NCBI GenBank assembly: GCA_964487115.1
Contig: CAZAPD010000100.1
Coordinates: 1 to 48,126, forward strand
Origin: an uncultured Thermococci archaeon
GTDB taxonomy: Archaea; Methanobacteriota_B; Thermococci; Thermococcales; Thermococcaceae
Length of the DNA stretch: 48,126 nt
Reading direction: 5' to 3'
Part shown: positions 16,972 through 25,522 of the stretch, one piece after another
How positions within the stretch are numbered: the first letter of the stretch is position 1
How the letters are laid out: each line of letters opens with the position of its first letter
The notes under the pieces: model-generated
The model's input: only the letters and a program-made list of their open reading frames with translations
Database searches by the model: none
Told to the model about the DNA's origin: nothing
Program-made: the position numbers and the translations under genes

Positions 16972-17475
16972 TTAAATATACCTCATGAGAACTCCAAGGG
17001 CATCTTCAAAAATTTCCCTGTCCTCAGCATCAATCACATGTTCAAGATACTGTAAAGCCCGTAGATTTATAATTATATATGCCTGTCCCCGATCGAGGCC
17101 AAGAGCGTATGCATCATAGAAAACTATGTCCCTCCCCAGCGCTTCATTGAGCATTTCAACAAAATAGTTTATTTCCTCCACAGTCAATTCATCCCACTTA
17201 CTTTCCATCTCATCAAAATATCTCTCCATAATTCTGAGAGTTTCTAAGGTTACATTCAGAGTTCCCTCCACATAAGGAAACTCTCCGATGCGGAAGACCT
17301 TGATGCCTTCCTTATCTTTAATGGCGATGGAATCCCATAGTACAACCCCATCTACAACATTTCCGCTGCCATATCTGCCTGCGAGATATGTAAATGCCTG
17401 AAGTGCGCTGTCAATTTCGTCTATGAAGAGCTCTTCATCCTCAAAGCTTAGTATCTTGCTTATCGTGCCTGCCAT
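16972..17475 (-). CDS. Acidic hypothetical protein
   Basis: Long ORF, typical codon usage, TATA CTTATAAT about 30 nt upstream. Confidence 0.75.
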   Translation of the reverse strand: MAGTISKILSFEDEELFIDEIDSALQAFTYLAGRYGSGNVVDGVVLWDSIAIKDKEGIKVFRIGEFPYVEGTLNVTLETLRIMERYFDEMESKWDELTVEEINYFVEMLNEALGRDIVFYDAYALGLDRGQAYIIINLRALQYLEHVIDAEDREIFEDALGVLMRYI

Positions 17476-17656
17476 ATGCATCATGTTCCACTTAAGCTTA
17501 ATCATTATAAGCCTTTGGCTATTATCTGTTTATGCCCGATGAGTATTGGGTTGCAATGACGTCGGGACCCCCAGGGGGCCGACATTTTCAAAGGCCCCCT
17601 ATTTCCAAAGCAGGAAGGCTTTTATATGTCATTCCGAACCTTTTAGAGGTGTTGTT

Positions 17657-19738
17657 ATGGTAACACTCATAATCGCGGAAAAACCCAATGTTGCCAGAAA
17701 AATCGCCTACGCCTTAGCCGAGGGCAAACCTATGAGAAAAACCCTTAATGGTGTTCCTTATTATGAGTTCAGTAGGGATGGGAAGAGAATCATTGTGGCC
17801 CCAGCTGTAGGTCATCTCTTCACACTTGCCCCAAAGACCAAAGTTTACGGTTATCCGATTTTTGATATTGAGTGGGTGCCGGTTTATATAGCAGAGAAAG
17901 GGAAGAATTATGCAAAGGACTATGTTAAAACGCTGAAAGAACTTGCCAAAAGGGCGGATGAATTTGTTGTGGCCTGTGACTATGATACAGAGGGAGAAGT
18001 TATTGGTTACACCGCTCTCAAATACGCCTGTGGCGTCGATCCTTCAAAAGCAAAGAGGATGAAATTTTCAGCTTTAACCAAAAAAGACCTTTTGAAGGCT
18101 TGGTATAATCTTGAACCGACTATAAACTTTGGAATGGCTGATGCAGGAATAGCACGTCATATTCTCGACTGGTATTGGGGTGTGAATCTTTCCCGGGCTC
18201 TGACACAGTCCATAAAACGGGCGAGTGGAAAGTGGATGGTGCTCTCAACTGGGAGGGTTCAGGGCCCAACCCTTAAGTTTCTGGTGGAAAGGGAAAGGGA
18301 AATTGCAAACTTCAAACCCACACCTTACTGGGTTATTAAAATGCTTCTCGAAAAGAATGGGGAGCAATATACAGCAGTTTATGAGAAAGGGCGGATTCTC
18401 GATGAAAATGAAGCGAAGAGAATAGTTGAGGATGCCAAGAAGGGGCCGGCATTCGTGGAAAAGATTGAGGTAAAGCAACAGAAAAGAAACCCGCCCTATC
18501 CCTTTGATCTGGGGACTCTCCAACGTGAGGCTTATTCTGCCTTTGGTTACAGCCCGAAGAAAACACTGGAGGTTGCACAGAAGCTGTATGAGCGTGGAAT
18601 CACGAGCTATCCTCGCACATCCTCCCAGAAGCTCCCTAAAAATCTGAACTTCAGAACCATAATCCAGAACCTCGCAAAACTGCCGGAATACAAGCCACAT
18701 GCTCATGAACTTCTCGGTAAAGGTTACTTAAAACCTGTTGAAGGCCAAAAAGATGATCCGGCCCATCCTGCAATTTATCCAACCGGCGAGCTTCCAAAGT
18801 CCGGTGAGCTCAGCAGAGATGAACGGAACATATATGATCTCGTGGTGCGTCGCTTTTTGGCAGCTTTTGCAGATCCTGCACTTAGGGAGATAATGAAGGT
18901 TACAATCAGCTCCAATGGCCACCGCTTTATTTTGAGTGGGGCAAGAACTCTTAAAAAAGGCTGGCTCAAGATTTACGGGAAATACGTTAAGTTCGATGAG
19001 GTTATACTGCCGTCCTTTGATGAAGGTGAGCCCATTAAAGTTCTTCAGATAAAACGAGAGAAGAAGAAGACCAAACCTCCAGCACGCTATTCTCCTGCAG
19101 CTGTCATAAAGAAGATGGAAGACTTGGGAATTGGGACCAAGGCAACCCGTGCCCAGATTCTTGAAACTCTCTACAGCAGGGGCTACATCGAAGGGAAGAG
19201 GAAAATCAGGGTAACTCCCTTAGGCATGAAGGTTATTGAGGCTCTTGAGAGGAATGTTCCTAACATAGTTAGTGTCGAGCTAACACGGGCGTTTGAAGAG
19301 AAAATGGAGGAGATAATGAAGAGAAAACTGGACAAGGATAGGGTCATAGAAGAATCAAAGGGACAGCTTCTAAAAATCTTGAAGGAGTTCAGGGCAAAGG
19401 AAGAAGATATTGGGAGAGAACTGGTGGAAAAGCTTGTTGCAAAAAAGGAAAAGAAAAAGAATGTTAAAGGACATGATGAGAAGAAGCCCCTTGTGGTCGG
19501 CAAATGCCCGAAGTGCGGCGGAGATTTGGTGGTGAGATACAACCACAGAACTGGGAAAAGGTTCGTTGGATGTTCAAACTGGCCTAAATGTAACGTTACC
19601 TATCCATTACTCCAGCGTGGCCAGATAATTCCAACAAACAAGACATGCTGTGATGGTGCTCCTGTAGTCAAAATTCGTGAAAAGGGTAGGGAATATGAGA
19701 TCTGTTTGGATATGAACTGCAAGAAAGGTAGAAGATAG
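17657..19738 (+). CDS. topA: Type IA DNA topoisomerase
   Basis: [27 protein letters not shown], catalytic ITSYPRT, GTKATRA, C-terminal Zn ribbon. Confidence 0.96.
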   Translation: MVTLIIAEKPNVARKIAYALAEGKPMRKTLNGVPYYEFSRDGKRIIVAPAVGHLFTLAPKTKVYGYPIFDIEWVPVYIAEKGKNYAKDYVKTLKELAKRADEFVVACDYDTEGEVIGYTALKYACGVDPSKAKRMKFSALTKKDLLKAWYNLEPTINFGMADAGIARHILDWYWGVNLSRALTQSIKRASGKWMVLSTGRVQGPTLKFLVEREREIANFKPTPYWVIKMLLEKNGEQYTAVYEKGRILDENEAKRIVEDAKKGPAFVEKIEVKQQKRNPPYPFDLGTLQREAYSAFGYSPKKTLEVAQKLYERGITSYPRTSSQKLPKNLNFRTIIQNLAKLPEYKPHAHELLGKGYLKPVEGQKDDPAHPAIYPTGELPKSGELSRDERNIYDLVVRRFLAAFADPALREIMKVTISSNGHRFILSGARTLKKGWLKIYGKYVKFDEVILPSFDEGEPIKVLQIKREKKKTKPPARYSPAAVIKKMEDLGIGTKATRAQILETLYSRGYIEGKRKIRVTPLGMKVIEALERNVPNIVSVELTRAFEEKMEEIMKRKLDKDRVIEESKGQLLKILKEFRAKEEDIGRELVEKLVAKKEKKKNVKGHDEKKPLVVGKCPKCGGDLVVRYNHRTGKRFVGCSNWPKCNVTYPLLQRGQIIPTNKTCCDGAPVVKIREKGREYEICLDMNCKKGRR

Positions 19739-20929
19739 TCAGAGCAGCTCCTTGAGGAGTTTTATCCGCCTTGGACTGAGGATAACCTTTGGATGCTTAA
19801 GGAGTGCTTTGATGACCTCGCCATAGTCTCCACCGGCTATTTTCTCAGTATCTGCACCACTGAGAACCTGGATAAAAAGATCCAAATCCTCATCGGTGAG
19901 CTTCTCTGTAACGCGCCTCACTCTCAGAACCCTCTCCAGTCTTCTACCATCCTTTTCCCACCATTCCCTCGTGTAGTTCTGGAGCAGGGACATGTTTTCC
20001 TCTTCAAGAGCTTTAACAATCCACTTGCTCGCTATGGTTCCGGCCTCCATCGCCTCTGCCATCCCGCCACCGTGCATAGGGTTAACCTGTCTTGCTGCGT
20101 CGCCGACTACAATAACGTTGTCTTTGGTGAGCTCTTTCACAAAGCCTCCAACGGGGACAACCCCAACATTTATCTCAAGAAGCTTCTTCGCTGGGATGTT
20201 GTTCTCCCTAAGCCATTTGTCAAGATAATACTTAGCTGTCTCTGGGTTATCTGAGTTGATGCCTATACCCACATTGGCTCTGTCCTCATCCTTGGGAAAA
20301 ACCCAGACATAGCCCCTTGGAGCTATCTCATTGCCAAACCAGAGGTGTATTAAATCCGGATCATAGCCTTCTATAAGCATTTCATACTCATAAGAGGAAT
20401 CGAACTCATGAGGAGGAGCGTAGGTGTTTATCCCAGCCCATCTTGCCGTCATACTTTCAACGCCATCAGCGGCGACAATTATATCGGCTCTGATTTCAAT
20501 ATTCTCACCTTCATGTTTAGCTTTAATACCCAGTATTCTGCCGTTATTTCTTAAAATGCCTGTCGCTTCTGTTCTTGGCAACACGTCGGCTCCTGCTCTT
20601 GCAGCATAGAGGGCAAGCATCTTATCAAAAACTTTCCTTTCAAGAATAACACCACTGACCTCCCTATAGCGGAGTTCAAGCTCATATCCACTTGGTGAGT
20701 AGAGCTTTGCTCCATAAATTTCACGGTTTATGAACCTCCTATCGTAGGGGATGTCATATTTTTTGAAAACATTAATGCTTATCCCTTCGGCACACTGCTT
20801 TGGAGTGCCAATGGCGGGCTTTTTATCAATAAGAAGAACAGAAAATCCGGATTTTGCAACGTTTCGGGCAACAATAGGGCCTGCTATTCCAGAACCGACG
20901 ACAACAACATCATATTTCATCTCCTTCAT
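19739..20929 (-). CDS. Digeranylgeranylglycerophospholipid (geranylgeranyl) reductase
   Basis: GSGIAG FAD motif, [24 protein letters not shown]. Confidence 0.92.
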   Translation of the reverse strand: MKEMKYDVVVVGSGIAGPIVARNVAKSGFSVLLIDKKPAIGTPKQCAEGISINVFKKYDIPYDRRFINREIYGAKLYSPSGYELELRYREVSGVILERKVFDKMLALYAARAGADVLPRTEATGILRNNGRILGIKAKHEGENIEIRADIIVAADGVESMTARWAGINTYAPPHEFDSSYEYEMLIEGYDPDLIHLWFGNEIAPRGYVWVFPKDEDRANVGIGINSDNPETAKYYLDKWLRENNIPAKKLLEINVGVVPVGGFVKELTKDNVIVVGDAARQVNPMHGGGMAEAMEAGTIASKWIVKALEEENMSLLQNYTREWWEKDGRRLERVLRVRRVTEKLTDEDLDLFIQVLSGADTEKIAGGDYGEVIKALLKHPKVILSPRRIKLLKELL

Positions 20930-21129
20930 TCTGACACCTCCAGCAGCTCAGCTTTCAAAGCTCCCACAGGACAGGCGGTGACACAGATCTTGCAACTTAT
21001 GCACTTGTCCTGAATGAACTCCCAGCCGTTTGAATGTACCTCTATTGCTAAGGTTGGGCAGACGCCAGCACAACCACCACAAAGGTAACACTGATCGTTA
21101 TTTACTAAAATCCTGATTTTCTCTACCAT
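20926..21129 (-). CDS. 2x[4Fe-4S] ferredoxin
   Basis: [12 protein letters not shown] and [12 protein letters not shown]. Confidence 0.93.
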   Translation of the reverse strand: MVEKIRILVNNDQCYLCGGCAGVCPTLAIEVHSNGWEFIQDKCISCKICVTACPVGALKAELLEVSE

Positions 21130-21826
21130 CTCCAACACCTTTAAGCTTTTGCTCAAGTTTTTCTGCATCGATTTTGATCCTATCGTCTTTTATTATTAAC
21201 GGTACGAATCTGTTCAGCTCTTCGACTTTTCTTACAACCTCCCTTTCCTTAAGGTTTAATCTATCGCTGAGGTCATCTACTGTTGCCTCACCATAGATGA
21301 GTACATAGTGCAGAATAGCAAGCTGGGTCATGTCTCCTATCTCCCTGAGATATGTCTCCTTGATTCTTTTCATCATTTTATCCCTATAACTTTCTATAGC
21401 CTTGAGAGCTTGTAGAAGTTTTCTGAGCTCGTTGTCGGCATCAATGAAGTTTTTAACCATTGCAAGAAGATTCTCAGGCTCAAGTTCGAGTTCTTTTAAG
21501 TTTATCCTTAGATTTTCAAGTACAGGCTCTTTTTCCAGTTGCAGGTTCTCATACCAGAACAAATTTGGAGTCAATGTTGCTACGTATGTAGCTGAGTGCA
21601 CTATCTCATAGTATTTCCGTGTTGGACCAACAAAAGGTCCTTCTTTTTCAAATGACTGAATTATTCCCTCCCGTTCCATTATTTTAAGATGCTTGGAAAC
21701 AGCAGTGGATGACACGCTAACTTTGTTGCTTAAAAAGCTAAAATAACACTCAGTACATGTTAAATGGCTGAGTAAATCCCGCCTCACCTTGTTCCCCAAG
21801 ATGTAAAAAATATCCGGTTCAGTCAT
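21098..21826 (-). CDS. surR: Redox-sensing sulfur-response regulator SurR (ArsR-type)
   Basis: EPDIFYILGNKVRRDLLSHLTCTECYFS with CxxC; divergent from pdo and followed by ferredoxin and GGR, the known Thermococcales arrangement. Confidence 0.9.
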   Translation of the reverse strand: MTEPDIFYILGNKVRRDLLSHLTCTECYFSFLSNKVSVSSTAVSKHLKIMEREGIIQSFEKEGPFVGPTRKYYEIVHSATYVATLTPNLFWYENLQLEKEPVLENLRINLKELELEPENLLAMVKNFIDADNELRKLLQALKAIESYRDKMMKRIKETYLREIGDMTQLAILHYVLIYGEATVDDLSDRLNLKEREVVRKVEELNRFVPLIIKDDRIKIDAEKLEQKLKGVGDGRENQDFSK

Positions 21827-21925
21827 GTCCCACACCACCCATATTTGTGACGTAAAGTTTATATAGTGTTCATCCGAACCCAACCTGAAACTTTAAATTT
21901 GTCAAATCTGATAAATCGTTGCACT

Positions 21926-21946
21926 CTAAAGGTTATAAACCTTTAG
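21926..21946. promoter_or_regulatory. SurR binding site (GTTn3AAC) in an extended palindrome
   Basis: CTAAAG-GTT-ATA-AAC-CTTTAG between surR and pdo. Confidence 0.85.
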
Positions 21947-21966
21947 TCGAGAAAGGAGGTGTTAGT

Positions 21967-22644
21967 ATGGGATTGATTAGCGATGGAGATAAGAAGGTTA
22001 TACAGGAAGAGTTCTTTTCAAAGATGACAAATCCAGTCAAGATTATTGGATTCACAGGCAGAGAGCACTGCCAGTATTGTGAACAGCTCAAACAGCTTGT
22101 TCAAGAGCTAAGTGAGCTTAGTGATAAACTCAGCTATGAGTTCTACGATTTTGACAGTGAAGATGGTAAGAAAATAGCTGAACAGTACAGAATTGACCGC
22201 GCTCCTGCTGTTACCATAACCCAAAACGGCAGGGATATGGGGGTCAGGTTCTTTGGACTGCCTGCAGGCCATGAGTTCGGGGCTTTCCTTGAAGACATAG
22301 TTGATGTGAGCAATGCAACAACCGATTTAATGCCCGAGAGCCGAGAAAAACTTGCAAAAATTGATAAAGATGTTAGAATTCTCGTCTTTGTGACTCCTAC
22401 CTGTCCATATTGTCCATTGGCAGTTAGAATGGCCCACAAGTTTGCAATTGAGAACTCACTCGCAGGTAAGGACAAAATACTTGGGGACATGGTTGAAGCT
22501 ATTGAATATCCCGAATGGGCTGATAAGTACAGGGTCATGGCAGTACCTAAGATAATCATTCAGGTTAATGGGGAAGACAAAGTTGAATTTGAAGGAGCTT
22601 ATCCGGAGAAGATGTTCATGGAAAAGCTTCTCGCCGCTCTTTAA
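21967..22644 (+). CDS. pdo: Protein disulfide oxidoreductase (two thioredoxin folds)
   Basis: CQYC and CPYC motifs, GLPAGHEF, AVPK. Confidence 0.93.
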   Translation: MGLISDGDKKVIQEEFFSKMTNPVKIIGFTGREHCQYCEQLKQLVQELSELSDKLSYEFYDFDSEDGKKIAEQYRIDRAPAVTITQNGRDMGVRFFGLPAGHEFGAFLEDIVDVSNATTDLMPESREKLAKIDKDVRILVFVTPTCPYCPLAVRMAHKFAIENSLAGKDKILGDMVEAIEYPEWADKYRVMAVPKIIIQVNGEDKVEFEGAYPEKMFMEKLLAAL

Positions 22645-22676
22645 TGACTTTTCTGTTTTTATTTAAATTATCAAAC

Positions 22677-23135
22677 TCATTCCCCGTTCTCAATCCGAAG
22701 CTTTAATCCCGTGTGTTCCTGCTTAAGCTTCTCGACTTTTTCCATAATTTCATCACTTAATGCCCTGAGTTGATTTGCCAGTTTTTCAAGTTCCTTTATT
22801 GCCTCATCAAGGGCTTTTTCACGCTCCTCAACCTCTTCCATGGCCTGGGCAAGTCTCTCTTCTTCTTCTTTTCTGTATATCTCTATCCTAAGACTGTCAT
22901 AATCCCATGTAATTTTTCCATCCTCAATTGAAAAGTTAAGTGAAATCCTAACCACATCTTCCTTTCTTATATTCATTTCTTGAAATCTCTCGAAGAGATA
23001 TCTGTTCAGCTCTGCAGATGCCCTGACAACCTCTCTGGGATCAATCTTCCCACGGGTTATGGCAAACAAAACCTTCCTAATTTTGTTTGCATATCCGGAT
23101 GCTCTCACATAACCACTCCGGAGCTCCATAGGCAT
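22677..23135 (-). CDS. DUF2258 / ThermoDBP-related nucleic-acid-binding protein
   Basis: LRSGYVRASGYANKIRKVLFA...ELN...KEDVVRI; C-terminal coiled coil. Confidence 0.8.
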   Translation of the reverse strand: MPMELRSGYVRASGYANKIRKVLFAITRGKIDPREVVRASAELNRYLFERFQEMNIRKEDVVRISLNFSIEDGKITWDYDSLRIEIYRKEEEERLAQAMEEVEEREKALDEAIKELEKLANQLRALSDEIMEKVEKLKQEHTGLKLRIENGE

Positions 23136-23187
23136 CACCAAAAGTATTTTAGCCTGAAGGAATATAAGTAACTATCGGTGAGAAAAA

Positions 23188-23862
23188 ATGAATATCCTCA
23201 TATTCGGCCCTCCTGGAAGCGGAAAGTCAACCCATTCACGCACCATAACGAAGCGCTATGGTTTAACATACATAGCTTCTGGTGACATGATCCGGGACGA
23301 AATTAAGAAGGAAAGTACTTTGGGAATAGAAATGAAAAAATTTATTGAAAACGGAGACCTTCTTCCTGATACTGTGATAAACACACTTATTCTCTCCAAA
23401 TTGAGGAGGATGCGAGAGAACTTCATAATAGATGGATATCCAAGAACGGCGGAACAGGTTCTGGCCTTGGAGAATTATCTTTATGACCACGGCATAAAAA
23501 TAGAGGCTGCAATAGATATCTACATCACAAAAAGTGAAAGTGTACAGCGGATTTCTGGAAGGATAATATGCTCTATCTGCGGTGCAGTGTATCATGTCAA
23601 ATATAATCCTCCGAAAATCCCGGGCAAATGTGATATCTGCGGTGGACAGCTTATCCAGAGAGAAGATGACAAACCCGAAGTAGCTGAGAAAAGATACGAT
23701 ATCTACATAAACAACATGAGTCCGATAATCAAATTCTATAAAAAACAGGGTATTTACGTGAAGATAGACGGGCATGGAAGCATAAATGAGGTATGGGAAC
23801 GTATAAGGCCTCTTTTGGACTATATTCACAATAGGGAGAGAAAGAGGAAAACTTATGAATAA
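23188..23862 (+). CDS. adk: Adenylate kinase (LID-domain type)
   Basis: GPPGSGKST, DGYPRT, LID CSICG...CDICG, QREDD. Confidence 0.92.
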   Translation: MNILIFGPPGSGKSTHSRTITKRYGLTYIASGDMIRDEIKKESTLGIEMKKFIENGDLLPDTVINTLILSKLRRMRENFIIDGYPRTAEQVLALENYLYDHGIKIEAAIDIYITKSESVQRISGRIICSICGAVYHVKYNPPKIPGKCDICGGQLIQREDDKPEVAEKRYDIYINNMSPIIKFYKKQGIYVKIDGHGSINEVWERIRPLLDYIHNRERKRKTYE

Positions 23863-23892
23863 GCAGGGGGAAGAATCAATTAGGTGTGCCGA

Positions 23893-24162
23893 ATGAAAGT
23901 TAGGTTTTATGCCACATTTAGAGAGCTCATTGGGAAGAAAGAAGTTGAAATTCATGGAGTTAGGACAGTTAGGGAGCTAATTGACTATCTATCAGAAAGA
24001 TACAGCCCGCAGATAAAGAAGGAACTTCTGGGACGGAGAAGAAAAGAGATAGATGGTATGATACTTGTTAATGGCCACAACATTTTGCATTTAAAGGGGC
24101 TGGAGACTGAACTCAGGGAGGAGGATGTTGTTCATATATTCCCTCCGGCTGGTGGTGGATAA
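23893..24162 (+). CDS. Ubiquitin-like small archaeal modifier / MoaD-ThiS sulfur carrier
   Basis: KVRFYATFRE, ILVNG, FPPAGGG C-terminus. Confidence 0.9.
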   Translation: MKVRFYATFRELIGKKEVEIHGVRTVRELIDYLSERYSPQIKKELLGRRRKEIDGMILVNGHNILHLKGLETELREEDVVHIFPPAGGG

Positions 24163-24443
24163 TGGCCATCGCTGAGCTTTGTATTTTCCCTCTTGGAACA
24201 GAAAATCCGAGTGTAAGTAAATATCTGGAACCCGTTATTGAAGAAGTTAAAAAAAGCGGTCTTAAATATCTAATTTGTCCAATGGGGACAGTTGTGGAAG
24301 GGGAGATGAGTGATATTCTTAAGCTTGCGGAGAGATGTCATCGAGTGATTTTTCAGAGCGGAGCAAGGAGGGTGGTTATAAGTCTTAGAATAGATGACAG
24401 GATTGATAAAAAGCTCACGATAGAGGGCAAACTTGGTGTCTGA
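24162..24443 (+). CDS. MTH1187/YkoF-like thiamine-binding protein
   Basis: PLGT..SVSKY, PMGTVVEG, RVVISLRIDDR. Confidence 0.88.
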   Translation: MAIAELCIFPLGTENPSVSKYLEPVIEEVKKSGLKYLICPMGTVVEGEMSDILKLAERCHRVIFQSGARRVVISLRIDDRIDKKLTIEGKLGV

Positions 24444-25143
24444 GGTGGCAGAATATTTTGACAGAATAGCTCACCGCTACGATATGTGGTATAATACAAA
24501 AACAGGCAGGTATGTGGATAGGATAGAGAAATGGCTTATATTTTCCATGTTCAGAGGAAGAGAGGGAAAGGCTCTTGATCTTGGCTGTGGAACTGGCAAT
24601 TATACTGCAGAACTTTATAAAAGGGGTTTTAATGTCGTCGGAGTTGATGCAAGTGAAAAAATGCTGGAGATAGCGAGAAAAAAGTTTCCACAGATCCGGT
24701 TCATTCATGGAGATGCATACAGACTCCCATTTCCAGATGAAAGCTTTGATATTGTTCTAAGTGTAACAATGTTTGAGTTTATTCACAGACCTGAGAAGGT
24801 TGTTAATGAAATTTACAGAGTCTTGAAACCGGAAGGAGAAGTCATCATAGGAACAATGAACGGCCACAGTCTATGGTTCATCTTCAAAAGACTCAAAAGT
24901 ATTTTTACCGAGACGGCCTATAGATATGCGAGGTTTTACACTCCCAAGGAACTTGAAACTCTGCTGAAAGCTTCGGGATTTGCTGAAGTGGAGAGCGCTG
25001 GGGTTATATTTCTCCCGTCCTTCTGGCCGTTCTCAAGCCTTGCTGAGAAACTGGACAGGAGATACTACAGAAGATGCAAGGAATGGGCGGCATTCGTTGC
25101 AGTTAGAGGTGTAAAAGGTGAAAGTGAAACGTTTAATAAGTAG
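24433..25143 (+). CDS. Class I SAM-dependent methyltransferase (UbiE-like)
   Basis: LDLGCGTG, GVDASEKML, LPFPDESFD, RVLKPEG. Confidence 0.9.
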   Translation: MVSEVAEYFDRIAHRYDMWYNTKTGRYVDRIEKWLIFSMFRGREGKALDLGCGTGNYTAELYKRGFNVVGVDASEKMLEIARKKFPQIRFIHGDAYRLPFPDESFDIVLSVTMFEFIHRPEKVVNEIYRVLKPEGEVIIGTMNGHSLWFIFKRLKSIFTETAYRYARFYTPKELETLLKASGFAEVESAGVIFLPSFWPFSSLAEKLDRRYYRRCKEWAAFVAVRGVKGESETFNK

Positions 25144-25522
25144 AGAGGAGGCCTTTAAAAGAGCCGAGAGAATTAAAAAAGAATATGAGCTTATTCATAA
25201 TGTAACATTTCAGGTTTACACAGCTTATATTCCCTTGGAAAAAGTTATACCTACTCAAAAAGAACTCAGCGAAGTTAAGCTGCTTGTTGTTCTTCAGGAG
25301 ATAAAGCATGGCTACGATGCTCCCATAATCGTCATTGAGTGTAGCGAAAATTACTATGTAATAGATGGGCACCATAGGGCTTTTGCACTCAAGAAACTTG
25401 GATTTCCTGAAATCGAGGCGATAATCCTGAAGCCTCAACGGACCATCTCCCTTGGAGTCATAGAAACCGCAAAGAAAAGAAAATTAAGCAGTTTGGATGA
25501 CGTGAAAATAGTAAGGGACTAA
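25118..25522 (+). CDS. Stand-alone ParB/sulfiredoxin-fold protein
   Basis: IPTQ, PIIV, YYVIDGHHRAFAL. Confidence 0.8.
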   Translation: MKVKRLISREEAFKRAERIKKEYELIHNVTFQVYTAYIPLEKVIPTQKELSEVKLLVVLQEIKHGYDAPIIVIECSENYYVIDGHHRAFALKKLGFPEIEAIILKPQRTISLGVIETAKKRKLSSLDDVKIVRD

